Numbered from the whole stretch's first letter, positions 21,414 through 32,062 are shown. The stretch: 61,954 bases of DNA, filler included, from Ferroacidibacillus organovorans (GCF_001642725.1; 7 parts of 7 records of this genome joined end to end with filler, not necessarily neighbours in it); one strand, 5' to 3'. Made by a program: numbers and translations. Notes: generated from the sequence alone by a model not told the origin.

Positions 21414-22172
21414 ATGGAAGAATGGTACTTTGAGTATCATATTCATCACGATCGATTTGGATTGCTCGGCGACATTGCGTCGGTTTTGGGGATGCTCTCA
21501 ATCAACATTGAGACGGTGAGCGGTGTCGCGGAGCGCAAGCGCGGCTTTTTGCTTCGCACCAATGAGCCTGAACGAATTGAGACGCTAAAAGGAATTCTTC
21601 GCCAGGTCGGCAACATCACGGTCACGGCGCTTCGCCCGCCAACGCTGCTCGATCGTCTGGCGTTGCGCCATGGTCGTTTGATTGAACATGACGATGAGCA
21701 GCGAAAGACATTTCGTTTTACGCGAGAAGATCTAGGAATTCTCGTTGACTTTATGGGTGAGCACTTGAAAACGCCAGGTCACCAAGTCATGGGCGTGCGC
21801 GGAATGCCGCGCGTGGGCAAGACGGAGTCGATTGTTGCGGCGAGCGTCTACGCAGGGAAGCGCTGGACGTTTGTCAGCTCAACGCTGCTGAAGCAGACGC
21901 TGCGAACCGATTTGGATGAAGATGAGTTAAGTCTAGAGGATCACGTGTATATCATTGACGGGATTGTGTCGACAATGAGAGGAAACGAGGATCATCTGCG
22001 TCTGGTGCGACGAATCTTGCGCTTGAATGCGCCAAAAATCATTGAGCATCCTGACTTTTTTGTCAATCGCACGGAGTTTCAATGGAATTTGTTCGATCGC
22101 ATCATTGAGTTGCGCAATCACCCGGATGAGACGATCGACTATAAGGACATTCTGAATAAAGGCACGATGTGA
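21414..22172 (+). CDS. YmfK-like ACT/DUF3388 domain protein
   Basis: MEEWYFEYHI...GLLGDIASVLGML and GMPRVGKTESIVAASV; upstream of rodZ; RBS GGAGG. Confidence 0.85.
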   Translation: MEEWYFEYHIHHDRFGLLGDIASVLGMLSINIETVSGVAERKRGFLLRTNEPERIETLKGILRQVGNITVTALRPPTLLDRLALRHGRLIEHDDEQRKTFRFTREDLGILVDFMGEHLKTPGHQVMGVRGMPRVGKTESIVAASVYAGKRWTFVSSTLLKQTLRTDLDEDELSLEDHVYIIDGIVSTMRGNEDHLRLVRRILRLNAPKIIEHPDFFVNRTEFQWNLFDRIIELRNHPDETIDYKDILNKGTM

Positions 22173-22184
22173 GGAGGTGAACGC

Positions 22185-23114
22185 ATGCCAAACGACGGAA
22201 TTCGTAAACCGGAGGCACAGCACACGCGACTTCGCGAACTTGGCGACTATCTGAGAAGAACGCGTGAAGGCAAGCGGCTCTCAATTGAAGATGCGGTCGA
22301 GGCGACAAAGGTGCGCGGAAGGTATCTTCAAGCGATCGAAGATGCCGACTATGAGCGGTTGCCAGCGGATGTGTATACGCGCGGTTTTGTGCGAAGCTAT
22401 GCTGACTATCTAGGTTTAAATGGTGCAGAACTCACCAATCTCTACCTTGGAAATGTGCGCGATGTCGTGACGCCTTCTGCGGAGGAGTCAGCGCGCGAAC
22501 CGCGCACCGCAAGGGTGCAACAAAAACGTTTGCCAAACCCGGTGATTCAGCGAAAGACGGTTGTCTCGAGCGCGCCAAAAGAAAAGTCTCCAATGACAGT
22601 GAGTGGCATCTTGATGGGATTTCTCGCGGCGATCGTGATCGTCGGAGGTGGAATTTGGGCGCTTATTGGAATGCATCACGCCTCTTCTGCAGTCTCCAAA
22701 TCTCCCGCGCCAAAAGTTACTCCGCACATTGGGAGTAAGCAACCGCACAGTAAAACAGGTCAAGGCACTGCCGCGCATCACGGAAATGTGCCGGGAATAT
22801 CGACGTCGTCGGCCGCTCCTGTCTTTACGCTTGTTGGCCAGACCAATACACAGTCGACGTATCGAATCGCGACCACCAAACCTGTGACCTACACGGTTCA
22901 AGTACAAAGTACCTCATGTTGGATGCAGGTGACGGCAGGTGGACAGAACGTGTTTAGCGGTACGCTTTATGCCGGACAGTCAAAGCAGTTTACCATACAG
23001 GGACCGGTCTTTTTTTGGCTCGGGAAAAATCAAGTGGTCTCGATTGCGCTAAACCATCACGTGGTGCCGTCAAATTCTGCGGTGGGCGTCTATCACTACG
23101 CGTTTCAGGCGTAA
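22185..23114 (+). CDS. rodZ: Cell-shape protein RodZ (HTH, TM, DUF4115)
   Basis: LGDYLRRTRE...YLQAIE...YTRGFVRSYADYLGL, one TM segment, C-terminal beta domain. Confidence 0.9.
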   Translation: MPNDGIRKPEAQHTRLRELGDYLRRTREGKRLSIEDAVEATKVRGRYLQAIEDADYERLPADVYTRGFVRSYADYLGLNGAELTNLYLGNVRDVVTPSAEESAREPRTARVQQKRLPNPVIQRKTVVSSAPKEKSPMTVSGILMGFLAAIVIVGGGIWALIGMHHASSAVSKSPAPKVTPHIGSKQPHSKTGQGTAAHHGNVPGISTSSAAPVFTLVGQTNTQSTYRIATTKPVTYTVQVQSTSCWMQVTAGGQNVFSGTLYAGQSKQFTIQGPVFFWLGKNQVVSIALNHHVVPSNSAVGVYHYAFQA

Positions 23115-23128
23115 GGGGGAAATGACAG

Positions 23129-23620
23129 ATGGCAAAGGAGTCATCCTTTGATGTCGTATCAAAACCGGATATGCAAGAAGTCGCCAACGCGGTGAATCAG
23201 TCGGAAAAAGAGTTAGAGACGCGTTTCGACTTTAAGGGGAGCAAAAGCGCGATCGCACAGCGCGAGGCAGAGATTGTCATGACGAGTGACGATGAGTATA
23301 AGCTGTCGCTCGTGCTTGACATCATCAGGTCGAAACTGATTAAACGGGGGGTTTCTCTCAAGTTTTTAGAGTATGGGAAACTGGAGCCGGCTGCAGGTGG
23401 TATGGTTCGCCAAGTGGTCACGGTCAAGACCGGAATTGATTCGGATGTGACAAAGCAGATCGTGAAGGTGATCAAGGACAGCAAAATTAAGGTCACGCCA
23501 TCGATCCAAGGCGATCAAGTGCGCGTTACTGGAAAAGATAAAGATGATTTGCAAGCAGTCATCTCTCTTTTGCGAAAACAAGATCTGTCTGTTGAATTAC
23601 AGTTCACCAATTATCGCTAA
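23129..23620 (+). CDS. yajQ: YajQ family nucleotide/c-di-GMP-binding protein
   Basis: SSFDVVSK, RFDFKGS, SIQGDQVRVTGKDKDDLQ and QFTNYR. Confidence 0.95.
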   Translation: MAKESSFDVVSKPDMQEVANAVNQSEKELETRFDFKGSKSAIAQREAEIVMTSDDEYKLSLVLDIIRSKLIKRGVSLKFLEYGKLEPAAGGMVRQVVTVKTGIDSDVTKQIVKVIKDSKIKVTPSIQGDQVRVTGKDKDDLQAVISLLRKQDLSVELQFTNYR

Positions 23621-23635
23621 GGTGTTCTGTGTTTT

Positions 23636-23665
23636 TTGACACAGACGCTCATCGTTTGGTATACT
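23636..23665 (+). promoter_or_regulatory. SigA promoter upstream of rimO
   Basis: TTGACA-N18-TATACT with extended TG. Confidence 0.7.
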
Positions 23666-23744
23666 CCTTTACAGGTAAAGATGTGTAACGTCGGTGGCGG
23701 GCAACCGCTCCATTTTTTTGCCTTGCCGAAAGTGGGGAACGTTC

Positions 23745-25070
23745 TTGTCTCGTCGAATCGCGGTCGTAACGTTAGGTTGCGAAAAAAACTTGGTAGACTC
23801 TGAAGTGATGTCCGGGTTGATGTCCGAAAAAGGATATACATTGACGGCGGATGCAGAAGACGCAGACGTAATTGTCGTGAATACGTGTGCGTTTATCGAT
23901 GCGGCGAAACAGGAATCTATCGACACCATTTTGCAAATGGCAAAATTGAAGGACGGCACGAAAAAGACGTTACTCGTTGCAGGTTGCATGGCTCAACGCT
24001 ACGCAGATGAACTCTTGGCTGAAATTCCTGAGATCGATGGCGTGGTGGGCACGGGAGAGTTTACCCGGATTCACGAACTGACAGAGCTTGCACAGCGTGG
24101 TGAGCGACCAAAGTTTGTTGGTAACCCCGTGTATATCTACGATCAACATACACCTCGCGTTCGTCAAAAGTCTCAGGCTTCTGCGTATGTGAAAATCGCT
24201 GAAGGCTGTGACCACCAGTGTACGTTTTGCGTCATTCCGCAAATGCGTGGCGCGTTTCGCTCTCGCTCGATCGAGAGTATCGTTGCCGAAGTGGAACATC
24301 TCGTTGCAGATGGCGTGCGGGAAGTCAACTTGATTGCGCAGGATTCCACGCAATTTGGCATGGATTTGTACGGTAAGCGTAACCTTCCGGAGTTGCTGCG
24401 CGCACTTCAACAGGTTGAAGGTTTAGCGTGGATTCGTCTTCACTATGCGTACCCTGCCTTCTTTACCGATGAGTTGATTGAGGCTTTTCGCTCGCTTGAC
24501 AAGGTCGTCAAGTATGTGGACATGCCGCTTCAACACGCGCAGGATCACATCTTGCGCTCCATGCAAAGGCCGGGCCGGCAGCGTCACATTCGCGAATTGG
24601 TTGCGAAGATGCGCGAGCGAATCCCAGGTGTCGTACTTCGCTCTTCCTTTATCGTCGGATTTCCCGGGGAAACGGAGACGGATTTTGAGGCGCTCAAGGC
24701 GTTTGTGCAGGAGCTTGCGTTTGACCATGTCGGCGTGTTTACCTACTCTGCCGAAGAGGGCGCAACGTCTTCAGAATTTCCGGATCAAGTGGATCAGGAC
24801 GTCAAAGAGCGCCGCGCTAGTGAGCTGATGGAAGTTGCACGTATTGTCGCCGCAAAACGATTGGAGCGCTTTATCGGCTCGGTTGTTCCTGTTCTCATTG
24901 AGGGCGCCGATGATGCGGCAAACGCTTCGTTTATCGGACGAACATCCTTTGACGCGCGTGAAATCGACGGCGTTGTCTACGTCAAAGGTGATGGACTCAC
25001 GGTCGGTTCGATTATTCCGGTCCGCATTACGCACGCATTTGACTTTGATCTCGTCGGGGAGGCTGTGTAG
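23745..25070 (+). CDS. rimO: Ribosomal protein S12 methylthiotransferase RimO
   Basis: TLGCEKNLVDSE, NTCAFIDAAKQESI, CDHQCTFC and a TRAM C-terminus. Confidence 0.95.
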   Translation: MSRRIAVVTLGCEKNLVDSEVMSGLMSEKGYTLTADAEDADVIVVNTCAFIDAAKQESIDTILQMAKLKDGTKKTLLVAGCMAQRYADELLAEIPEIDGVVGTGEFTRIHELTELAQRGERPKFVGNPVYIYDQHTPRVRQKSQASAYVKIAEGCDHQCTFCVIPQMRGAFRSRSIESIVAEVEHLVADGVREVNLIAQDSTQFGMDLYGKRNLPELLRALQQVEGLAWIRLHYAYPAFFTDELIEAFRSLDKVVKYVDMPLQHAQDHILRSMQRPGRQRHIRELVAKMRERIPGVVLRSSFIVGFPGETETDFEALKAFVQELAFDHVGVFTYSAEEGATSSEFPDQVDQDVKERRASELMEVARIVAAKRLERFIGSVVPVLIEGADDAANASFIGRTSFDAREIDGVVYVKGDGLTVGSIIPVRITHAFDFDLVGEAV

Positions 25071-25649
25071 TTGAATCTGGCCAATCGCATTACGGTAGCC
25101 AGGGTTCTCCTCATGCCAGTTGTCATTTTTTTCATGCTCACTCCGATGCATTTTTTTCGCATTGCGATGGGGAGCACCGTGTTGTATGGAAATCAGTTGT
25201 TGGCGACCGTTTTGTTTGTTATCGCGACGATTTCAGACGGTATTGACGGGTACATTGCTCGCAACTACAATCAAATCACTAATTTCGGGAAGTTTCTCGA
25301 TCCTCTCGCCGATAAAGTCCTCGTTAATGCTGTTCTGATTGCGCTCGCTGCGCAAGGGTCAGTCGCCGCGTGGGTTGTAATTGTCATCGTCAGTCGCGAG
25401 TTTGCGGTTACGGGTCTTCGCTTGATTGCAGTGGATGACGGTATCGTGATCGCCGCCGGTAGCCTTGGCAAATGGAAGACGCGCGTGCAAATGGTCGCGC
25501 TCGTCGCGCTTTTGTTAAACAACTTCCCCTTCTCACTCATTCATGTTCCGTTTGCAACCATTGCGATTGACCTTGCCGTAGTTCTAACCATTTTGAGCGG
25601 GGTCGACTACTTTGTGAAAAACTGGAACGTGATCAGGGTTTCACAGTGA
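25071..25649 (+). CDS. pgsA: CDP-diacylglycerol--glycerol-3-phosphate 3-phosphatidyltransferase
   Basis: DGIDGYIAR...FGKFLDPLADK. Confidence 0.96.
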   Translation: MNLANRITVARVLLMPVVIFFMLTPMHFFRIAMGSTVLYGNQLLATVLFVIATISDGIDGYIARNYNQITNFGKFLDPLADKVLVNAVLIALAAQGSVAAWVVIVIVSREFAVTGLRLIAVDDGIVIAAGSLGKWKTRVQMVALVALLLNNFPFSLIHVPFATIAIDLAVVLTILSGVDYFVKNWNVIRVSQ

Positions 25650-25746
25650 GTGAACGTTTATAAGGGGTAAGGTAAAACTCGCGCAATGTGCAGATGGATG
25701 CTGCCCCTTTCGATCATTCTCAGTGGGTGTGACAGGAGGAACGGTG

Positions 25747-26985
25747 ATGAGAGCCGAATTGATCGCGGTTGGTACGGAGATTCTTTTGGGTCAAATTGAC
25801 AACTCGCACGCAAAATTTCTCTCTCAAGACCTCGCGGCAATCGGCATCTCTGTGTTCTATCACACGGCCGTCGGGGATAACGCTGAGCGATTGATTGCCC
25901 TCTTGAAAGAGGCGGCGAAGCGTTCGGACGTTATCCTATTGACGGGGGGGCTTGGTCCCACGGAGGATGACCTGACGCGTGAAGGTGTGGCGGGCGCGTT
26001 CGACTTGCCGCTTACGTTTGATGAAGAAGCGTTTGTAGCGCATGTCACACCGTATTTTGAGCGACTCGGGCGGACACCTACGGAGAATAACAAGAAACAG
26101 GCGTGGCGGGTTGGCACTGGGATTTTTTTGCCGAATCCGCGGGGAACAGCGCCTGGCCAGTATGTGCAGGCGGCTGGGAAGCACATTTTCCTTCTACCAG
26201 GGCCACCGCTTGAAATGCGACCGATGTATATGGAGTCAGTGCGACCGCGTCTTGTCAACCTTATGGGCGAATCGGCGATTGTCAGCCGCGTCTTGCGCCT
26301 CTATGGAATCGGCGAGTCATCTGCTGAACTCGAGGTAAAAGATTTGATGGCAGGCGTAAATCCCACGGTCGCGCCGCTCGCATCTGAAGGCGAGATGGTA
26401 TTTCGCATCACGGCGAGTGCGCAGACGGCCGAACAGGCTCACCGCTTGATCGACCCCATACAGGCTGAGATGGAAAGACGCCTCGGCAAATACGTGTATG
26501 GCTATGATGACGATCATCTTGCTTCAGTTGCGCTTGCGCGGCTGGTTGAGAACAAAAAGACGGTGTCGTTTGCCGAGAGCTGTACAGGTGGACTTTTGAC
26601 ATCACTGCTGGTGGACTGCGCAGGTAGTTCGCGCGCGCTTCGCGGGTCGGTTGTCGCGTATGACAATGCCGTGAAGATGGAACTGCTCCAGGTTTCGAAT
26701 GAAATGCTTCAGGCGCACGGCGCGGTCAGTGAAGAGGTGGCAGCCGCCATGGCAGAGGGTGTGCGCCTCGCCACAGGTTCAGATGTAGGGGTGTCGGTGA
26801 CGGGCATTGCCGGGCCGGATGGCGGAACGAAAGAAAAACCGGTAGGACTCGTCTATATCGGTGTGACAGATGGTAAGACTACGAACGTAACGCGCCGACT
26901 CATTTCGGGGGATCGCACACAAGTGCGCATTCGCGCGGCAAAGCATGCGTTGTTTTTAGTGATTCAGGCAATGAAGAAGGAATGA
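25747..26985 (+). CDS. cinA: Competence/damage-inducible protein CinA (NMN deamidase domain)
   Basis: AVGTEILLG, GGLGPTEDDLT, AESCTGG and TGIAGPDGG. Confidence 0.96.
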   Translation: MRAELIAVGTEILLGQIDNSHAKFLSQDLAAIGISVFYHTAVGDNAERLIALLKEAAKRSDVILLTGGLGPTEDDLTREGVAGAFDLPLTFDEEAFVAHVTPYFERLGRTPTENNKKQAWRVGTGIFLPNPRGTAPGQYVQAAGKHIFLLPGPPLEMRPMYMESVRPRLVNLMGESAIVSRVLRLYGIGESSAELEVKDLMAGVNPTVAPLASEGEMVFRITASAQTAEQAHRLIDPIQAEMERRLGKYVYGYDDDHLASVALARLVENKKTVSFAESCTGGLLTSLLVDCAGSSRALRGSVVAYDNAVKMELLQVSNEMLQAHGAVSEEVAAAMAEGVRLATGSDVGVSVTGIAGPDGGTKEKPVGLVYIGVTDGKTTNVTRRLISGDRTQVRIRAAKHALFLVIQAMKKE

Positions 26986-27036
26986 AGGATCATGGGATCG
27001 GTAGATCGCATGAAATTGAAGGGATAAGGTGATCGA

Positions 27037-28644
27037 ATGACTTCGTTTGTGGATTTTAATTTGAATAAAAAGGTACAAGAAGCGATTAGCGAGATGGGGT
27101 ATGAAGAGCCGTCGCCGATTCAGACGGTGTGCATTCCGCTGATCATGGAAGGAAAAGATGTGATCGGTCAAGCGCAAACGGGTACAGGGAAAACAGCTGC
27201 GTTTGGCATACCGCTGGTTGACAGATCAGGGACAGGCCGTCACGTGCAGGCGATCATTCTCTTGCCAACGCGTGAATTGGCGATTCAAGTGGCTGGGGAA
27301 CTGCGTCGCATTGCGAAATTCAAGCGTGTGCGCACGCTGCCAATCTATGGCGGTCAATCGATCGGCCATCAGATTCGCGCGCTTGAGCAAGGTGTGCACG
27401 TGGTGATTGGAACACCAGGACGCGTTCTCGATCATATTCGTCGCGGAACGCTCAAGCTTGACCAAGTGCAATCGGTCGTGCTTGACGAGGCGGATGAGAT
27501 GCTTGACATGGGCTTCATCGATGACATTGAGTCCATCTTAAAAGAGACGCCGGCCAATCGCCAAACGCTTTTGTTCTCGGCGACGATGCCGACGGAAGTT
27601 CGCCGCTTGGCCAATCGCTATATGAACAATCCGGAACACGTACAGATGGCAAAAAATGAATTGACGGTTCCGCTGATTGACCAGTACTACTATAAAGTAC
27701 TCGATCGAAACAAACTGGAGAGCGTCTGCCGCATCATCGACAGTGAAGACGTGACGCTTGGCATTATCTTCTGCCGCACCAAGCGCGGCGTGGATGAGCT
27801 TACGGAGGCGCTGATTTCGCGTGGCTATCTCGCGGACGGTTTGCACGGTGACTTGAGTCAGGCGCAGCGGGATCGCGTCATGAAGCGTTTTCGCACGGGG
27901 GATATTGAGCTTCTCGTCGCGACGGATGTGGCAGCTCGCGGAATTGACGTCGGCAACGTGACGCACGTCGTCAACTACGATATGCCGCAAGACACCGAGT
28001 CGTATGTTCACCGCATTGGCCGCACGGGGCGCGCGGGTAAGCGTGGGCTAGCGATTACGCTTGCCACACCGCGTGAGTTTAAACTGCTCAAGTCGATTCA
28101 ACGTGATACAAAAGCGATCATCGAACCGCGCGAAGTGCCGTCGGTTGCAGACGTCGCAGAGCGGCAGGCTGAACTCTGGCGCGAGCGCCTTGAGCGCACG
28201 ACCATTGAGGGTGGTCTCGCGCACTACCGCGCAATTCTCGGGAAGCTCGTTGATGAGTTTGATCCGATTGATTTGGCGGCAGCCGCGCTGAAACTGGCGA
28301 GTGCTGGTGAACTAGAGGCAGAGACAACCGATACGTACAGCTTCGGGGAGACTGGCGGCGGTTCCGGAATGGTGCGCTTCTTTATGAACATCGGTCGGAG
28401 TGCGCGCATGAGCCCTGGCGATTTGGTGCGCGCGGTTGCAGAGGAGTCTGGCGTGCCGACAACGGCGATTGGGAAAATCGACATCTTTGACAAGTTTACG
28501 TTTATCGAGATTGCGGAAGAATCGGCGCCGTTCGTTTATGAGTCGCTGCGACAATCGCGCATCAACGGTGCACGTGTCAATCTTGAGCCTGCCCGTCCGC
28601 GTTCGGGTGGCGGTGGCGGCGGCGGTGGAAGACGTCCTTATTGA
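27037..28644 (+). CDS. cshA: DEAD-box RNA helicase CshA/DeaD with DbpA-type C-terminal domain
   Basis: AQTGTGKT, PTRELA, DEAD, SAT and HRIGRTGR. Confidence 0.9.
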   Translation: MTSFVDFNLNKKVQEAISEMGYEEPSPIQTVCIPLIMEGKDVIGQAQTGTGKTAAFGIPLVDRSGTGRHVQAIILLPTRELAIQVAGELRRIAKFKRVRTLPIYGGQSIGHQIRALEQGVHVVIGTPGRVLDHIRRGTLKLDQVQSVVLDEADEMLDMGFIDDIESILKETPANRQTLLFSATMPTEVRRLANRYMNNPEHVQMAKNELTVPLIDQYYYKVLDRNKLESVCRIIDSEDVTLGIIFCRTKRGVDELTEALISRGYLADGLHGDLSQAQRDRVMKRFRTGDIELLVATDVAARGIDVGNVTHVVNYDMPQDTESYVHRIGRTGRAGKRGLAITLATPREFKLLKSIQRDTKAIIEPREVPSVADVAERQAELWRERLERTTIEGGLAHYRAILGKLVDEFDPIDLAAAALKLASAGELEAETTDTYSFGETGGGSGMVRFFMNIGRSARMSPGDLVRAVAEESGVPTTAIGKIDIFDKFTFIEIAEESAPFVYESLRQSRINGARVNLEPARPRSGGGGGGGGRRPY

Positions 28645-28685
28645 ACTTGTTGCACCCCTGGCTTGAATAGCGTTTCTCTGGGATC

Positions 28686-28718
28686 GGCCGACTGCGCAAG
28701 CGGTTGGTCTTCTTTTTT
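28686..28718 (+). terminator. Intrinsic terminator after the helicase gene
   Basis: GGCCGACTGC-GCAA-GCGGTTGGTC followed by TTCTTTTTT. Confidence 0.8.
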
Positions 28719-28796
28719 CGCAACGATGCACAATGCGCAGGGTCGATTCACAATGTACTGATGAGTTCTCTAGGATTTGCTCGTATTGGAGATACA

Positions 28797-28810
28797 CGAA
28801 CAGATGTTTG
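28797..28810. promoter_or_regulatory. LexA (Cheo/SOS) box upstream of recA
   Basis: CGAAC-AGAT-GTTTG versus the Bacillota consensus CGAAC-N4-GTTCG. Confidence 0.75.
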
Positions 28811-28960
28811 TATTTTTATGAAGTCGTAGTACAATACGTGTGAGATCAACTCGCAATCCTTGATAGTCTCTCTTCAAGATCAAGATAGGTTGTTTTGAAC
28901 ATGATCCACTAGAAATGGATTGTACGTGTTTTGAATTATTACCATCAGGGTGGGATACCA

Positions 28961-30019
28961 TTGGCAGACCGCAGAGCGGCGCTTGATTTGGCGCTCAAGC
29001 AAATTGAAAAGCAGTTTGGTAAAGGTTCGATTATGAAACTCGGAGAAGCCAGTTCGACGATGAATGTCGAAGTGATGTCTTCTGGATCGCTCGCACTTGA
29101 TATTGCGCTTGGCATCGGTGGATTTCCAAAGGGTCGCGTGATTGAAATTTATGGTCCAGAATCTTCCGGAAAAACGACTGTTGCACTGCACGCCATCGCA
29201 GAGGCACAGAGACTTGGTGGACAGGCTGCGTTTATCGATGCGGAGCACGCGCTGGATCCGCTGTACGCACAAAAACTCGGTGTGAATATCGATGAACTTT
29301 TGATTTCTCAGCCGGATACAGGAGAGCAGGCGCTTGAAATTGCCGAGGCGCTCGTTCGCAGTGGAGCGGTCGATGTGATTGTGATTGACTCGGTTGCCGC
29401 ACTTGTCCCAAAGGCAGAGATTGAGGGGGATATGGGAGATTCACATGTGGGTCTTCACGCGCGTCTCATGTCTCAGGCGATGCGCAAATTGAGCGGTGCG
29501 ATAAACAAATCGCGCACGATTGCCATCTTTATCAATCAGATTCGCGAAAAAGTGGGCGTGATGTTTGGCAATCCAGAAACGACGACAGGTGGTCGCGCGC
29601 TAAAGTTTTACGCGTCTGTCCGCTTGGAGGTGCGCAAAGCGGAAGTTTTGAAACAAGGAAATGACATGGTGGGGAATCGAACGAAAATCAAAGTTGTCAA
29701 GAATAAAGTGGCGCCACCGTTCAAGCAGGCGGAAGTGGATATCATGTTTGGGGAAGGCATCTCGCGGGAAGGAAGCCTTGTCGATCTCGGCGCAGAGCTC
29801 GAAGTCATCCAGAAGAGCGGCGCTTGGTACTCGTTTGCCGAAGAACGACTGGGACAAGGCAAAGAAAATGTGAAACAATTTCTAAAAGAGCATGCGGAGA
29901 TTGCGAATCAGATTGAACGATTGATTCGCGAAAAAACGTTAACGAGCGTGGCGCAGCCAAAAGACGCACCGCAGGTTCAAACTGAAGATGACGACGATGA
30001 TTTCGATTTCGAAGATTGA
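28961..30019 (+). CDS. recA: Recombinase A
   Basis: [17 protein letters not shown] and [10 protein letters not shown]. Confidence 0.99.
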   Translation: MADRRAALDLALKQIEKQFGKGSIMKLGEASSTMNVEVMSSGSLALDIALGIGGFPKGRVIEIYGPESSGKTTVALHAIAEAQRLGGQAAFIDAEHALDPLYAQKLGVNIDELLISQPDTGEQALEIAEALVRSGAVDVIVIDSVAALVPKAEIEGDMGDSHVGLHARLMSQAMRKLSGAINKSRTIAIFINQIREKVGVMFGNPETTTGGRALKFYASVRLEVRKAEVLKQGNDMVGNRTKIKVVKNKVAPPFKQAEVDIMFGEGISREGSLVDLGAELEVIQKSGAWYSFAEERLGQGKENVKQFLKEHAEIANQIERLIREKTLTSVAQPKDAPQVQTEDDDDDFDFED

Positions 30020-30022
30020 TCC

Positions 30023-30477
30023 GTGGCGCGAATAATACGAATTGAAGATGATCCAAAGAGGCGTTCTCACCGCGTACTCATCCTTGAGAATGAAACGGTG
30101 TGCGGCCCCTATCATGCAATGTCTCTCCTTGAACTCAGCGTAAAACCGGGAACGGCTTATACGGATGCGTTGCACTGCGAACTGACAAAGCATGAAGAAG
30201 ACCTCAACGCGTATGAACAGGGTTTGACGTATCTGGAGCGGGGCGCGCGCTCGAAGCGTGAACTCGTGCGCTATCTGAAACGAAAAGGATTCTCTGAAAC
30301 AGCGTGTCAGGTTGCGGTGGGACGCTTGTCAGCGCTTGAACTCCTATCCGATGAGCTGCTTGCGCGTCGCCTCGTCGAACAAGCGTCGCGCCAAACGATC
30401 AGCAATCGAGGTGTCGCCGCTCGACTGGCGAAACGTGGGATTGATGGTCGCACGGCGCAGGATACACTGCGTGGTGC
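30023..30477 (+). CDS. recX: Regulatory protein RecX, truncated by contig end
   Basis: YLERGARSKRELVRYLKRKG and LAKRGID repeats; directly follows recA. Confidence 0.85.
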
Positions 30478-30577
30478 NNNNNNNNNNNNNNNNNNNNNNN
30501 NNNNNNNNNNNNNNNNNNNNNTTAATTAATTAANNNNNNNNNNNNNNNNNNNNNNNNNNNNNNNNNNNNNNNNNNNN
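30478..30577. other. Artificial contig linker
   Basis: N-run + TTAATTAATTAA + N-run. Confidence 0.99.
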
Positions 30578-30733
30578 CCTGTGCGCGCTGTGGCCGAGCG
30601 CGACTTGGCGCGCGCTGTGGCGATGACGGCGGATGCGACGATCACACATCTCCTTGCGGCACATTTACCGATTGCAAAAGAGACGGTCGCGCTACGCAAT
30701 AGGATCTGGAAGCGGATAGACGAAACTACGTAA
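30578..30733 (+). CDS. yqeK: YqeK HD-family Ap4A hydrolase, C-terminal fragment
   Basis: Manual translation PVRAVAERDLARAVAMTADATITHLLAAHLPIAKETVALRNRIW*; resembles the YqeK C-terminus and precedes rsfS. Confidence 0.7.
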   Translation, partial: PVRAVAERDLARAVAMTADATITHLLAAHLPIAKETVALRNRIWKRIDETT

Positions 30734-30825
30734 AAGATTTACATTAAAGGCAGGGCATTTCTGCGCGTCGCATCTGGCAGTTTGCCAAGCGAGGCGTCTG
30801 AGAACTCGACTAGGAGGCTTGATGG

Positions 30826-31191
30826 ATGCAGGATCAATGCATGGAATACGCTCAAGCGGCTGCAGAGGCGGCGGAGAATAAAAAGGCGAATGATGTGGTC
30901 TTACTTGATATCCGCGGAATTTCGGTCATCGCAGACTACTTCGTCATCTGTAGCGCAATGTCGCGTATCCAGGTACAGTCGATTGCTGATGCTGTCCGTG
31001 ATCGGCTAGAAGTCCTTGGCGTCCGCTGTCGCGGCATGGAGGGGAAAGAGGAAGGCAAGTGGGTGCTCGTCGATTTTGGCGATGTGGTGGTACATGTTTT
31101 TAATGAAGACGAGCGTAAATTTTATGGTCTGGAAAGGCTCTGGGGTGATGCTCCTCGTTTAACGCTTCCGGTAGGCGGGGGAATGGCCTAG
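30826..31191 (+). CDS. rsfS: Ribosome silencing factor RsfS
   Basis: IADYFVICS, WVLVDFGDVVVHVF and FYGLERLWGDA. Confidence 0.96.
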   Translation: MQDQCMEYAQAAAEAAENKKANDVVLLDIRGISVIADYFVICSAMSRIQVQSIADAVRDRLEVLGVRCRGMEGKEEGKWVLVDFGDVVVHVFNEDERKFYGLERLWGDAPRLTLPVGGGMA

Positions 31192-31202
31192 TGAGGTGAA
31201 GT

Positions 31203-32024
31203 ATGTATCAAGGGTTTGCGACGGTCTACGATCGTTTGATGGGCGATATTCATGAAGATCGATTTGGTGCGGTGCTTGATGAATGTATCCGCGAGATCGG
31301 TCGGGCGCCTGGCTCCGTACTTGATCTTGGCTGTGGAACGGGGCGCATGTTTCCGCACCTCTTGCGTCACGCGAGACGAATTATCGGCATTGAACCTTCT
31401 GAGGAGATGCTCGCTCAGGCGGCAGTGCGCGCCGCGGCGGCGCGCAATCGCGTGCAATTGATTGCGGGGCGGGCAGAATCGTTTCGCGCTCCGCAAAAAA
31501 CGGAGGCGTGCGTATCCTTTTGTGACGTGATGAGCTATCTTGAAAATAGGCAGGCGCTGATGGCTGCGTGTCAACATGTATACGATGCGCTAACGCCTGA
31601 AGGTTGGTTTCTTTTTGACATGCACACGCCTCATAAATTTCGCGAGGCGTTTCGCGAGCGCGTCTTTTTTGAAGATCAGGGCGACGTTTTTTCATTGATG
31701 AACACGCGTGTGGATGAAGAAACGCGCCGCGTCACATATGAATTGACGCTCTTTATTGAAGAAGAAGATGGGCGATTTCGCCGCGAGGATGAAGTTCACA
31801 GGCAGGTGGCGTTTACGCGTGCAGAGATTGTAGACGCGCTCATTGTGGCGGGATTTCACTCGATTCAGATCGGGGCTGACTTTGTGATGCCGTGGCAGGC
31901 TGAAAAGGTGCAGTGCAGGGATGGGGAAGGTGTGGGCGAAGGATTCGTTTCACCTTGCGTGGAGGACCGCATCGAGATGGCAGAACGGTGGTTTTTTTTA
32001 GCCAGGAAGTCGTCTCCTGCGTAA
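31203..32024 (+). CDS. Class I SAM methyltransferase (YqeM-like)
   Basis: MYQGFATVYDRLM and VLDLGCGTG; follows rsfS. Confidence 0.88.
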   Translation: MYQGFATVYDRLMGDIHEDRFGAVLDECIREIGRAPGSVLDLGCGTGRMFPHLLRHARRIIGIEPSEEMLAQAAVRAAAARNRVQLIAGRAESFRAPQKTEACVSFCDVMSYLENRQALMAACQHVYDALTPEGWFLFDMHTPHKFREAFRERVFFEDQGDVFSLMNTRVDEETRRVTYELTLFIEEEDGRFRREDEVHRQVAFTRAEIVDALIVAGFHSIQIGADFVMPWQAEKVQCRDGEGVGEGFVSPCVEDRIEMAERWFFLARKSSPA

Positions 32025-32062
32025 GCGTTACGTTTTTTGCTGACCCGCGCGATGGTTGGCAG

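Noticed and set aside
28604..28630. GGY run at the helicase 3' end as a contingency repeat
   Set aside because: Encodes an ordinary Gly-rich tail with mixed codons
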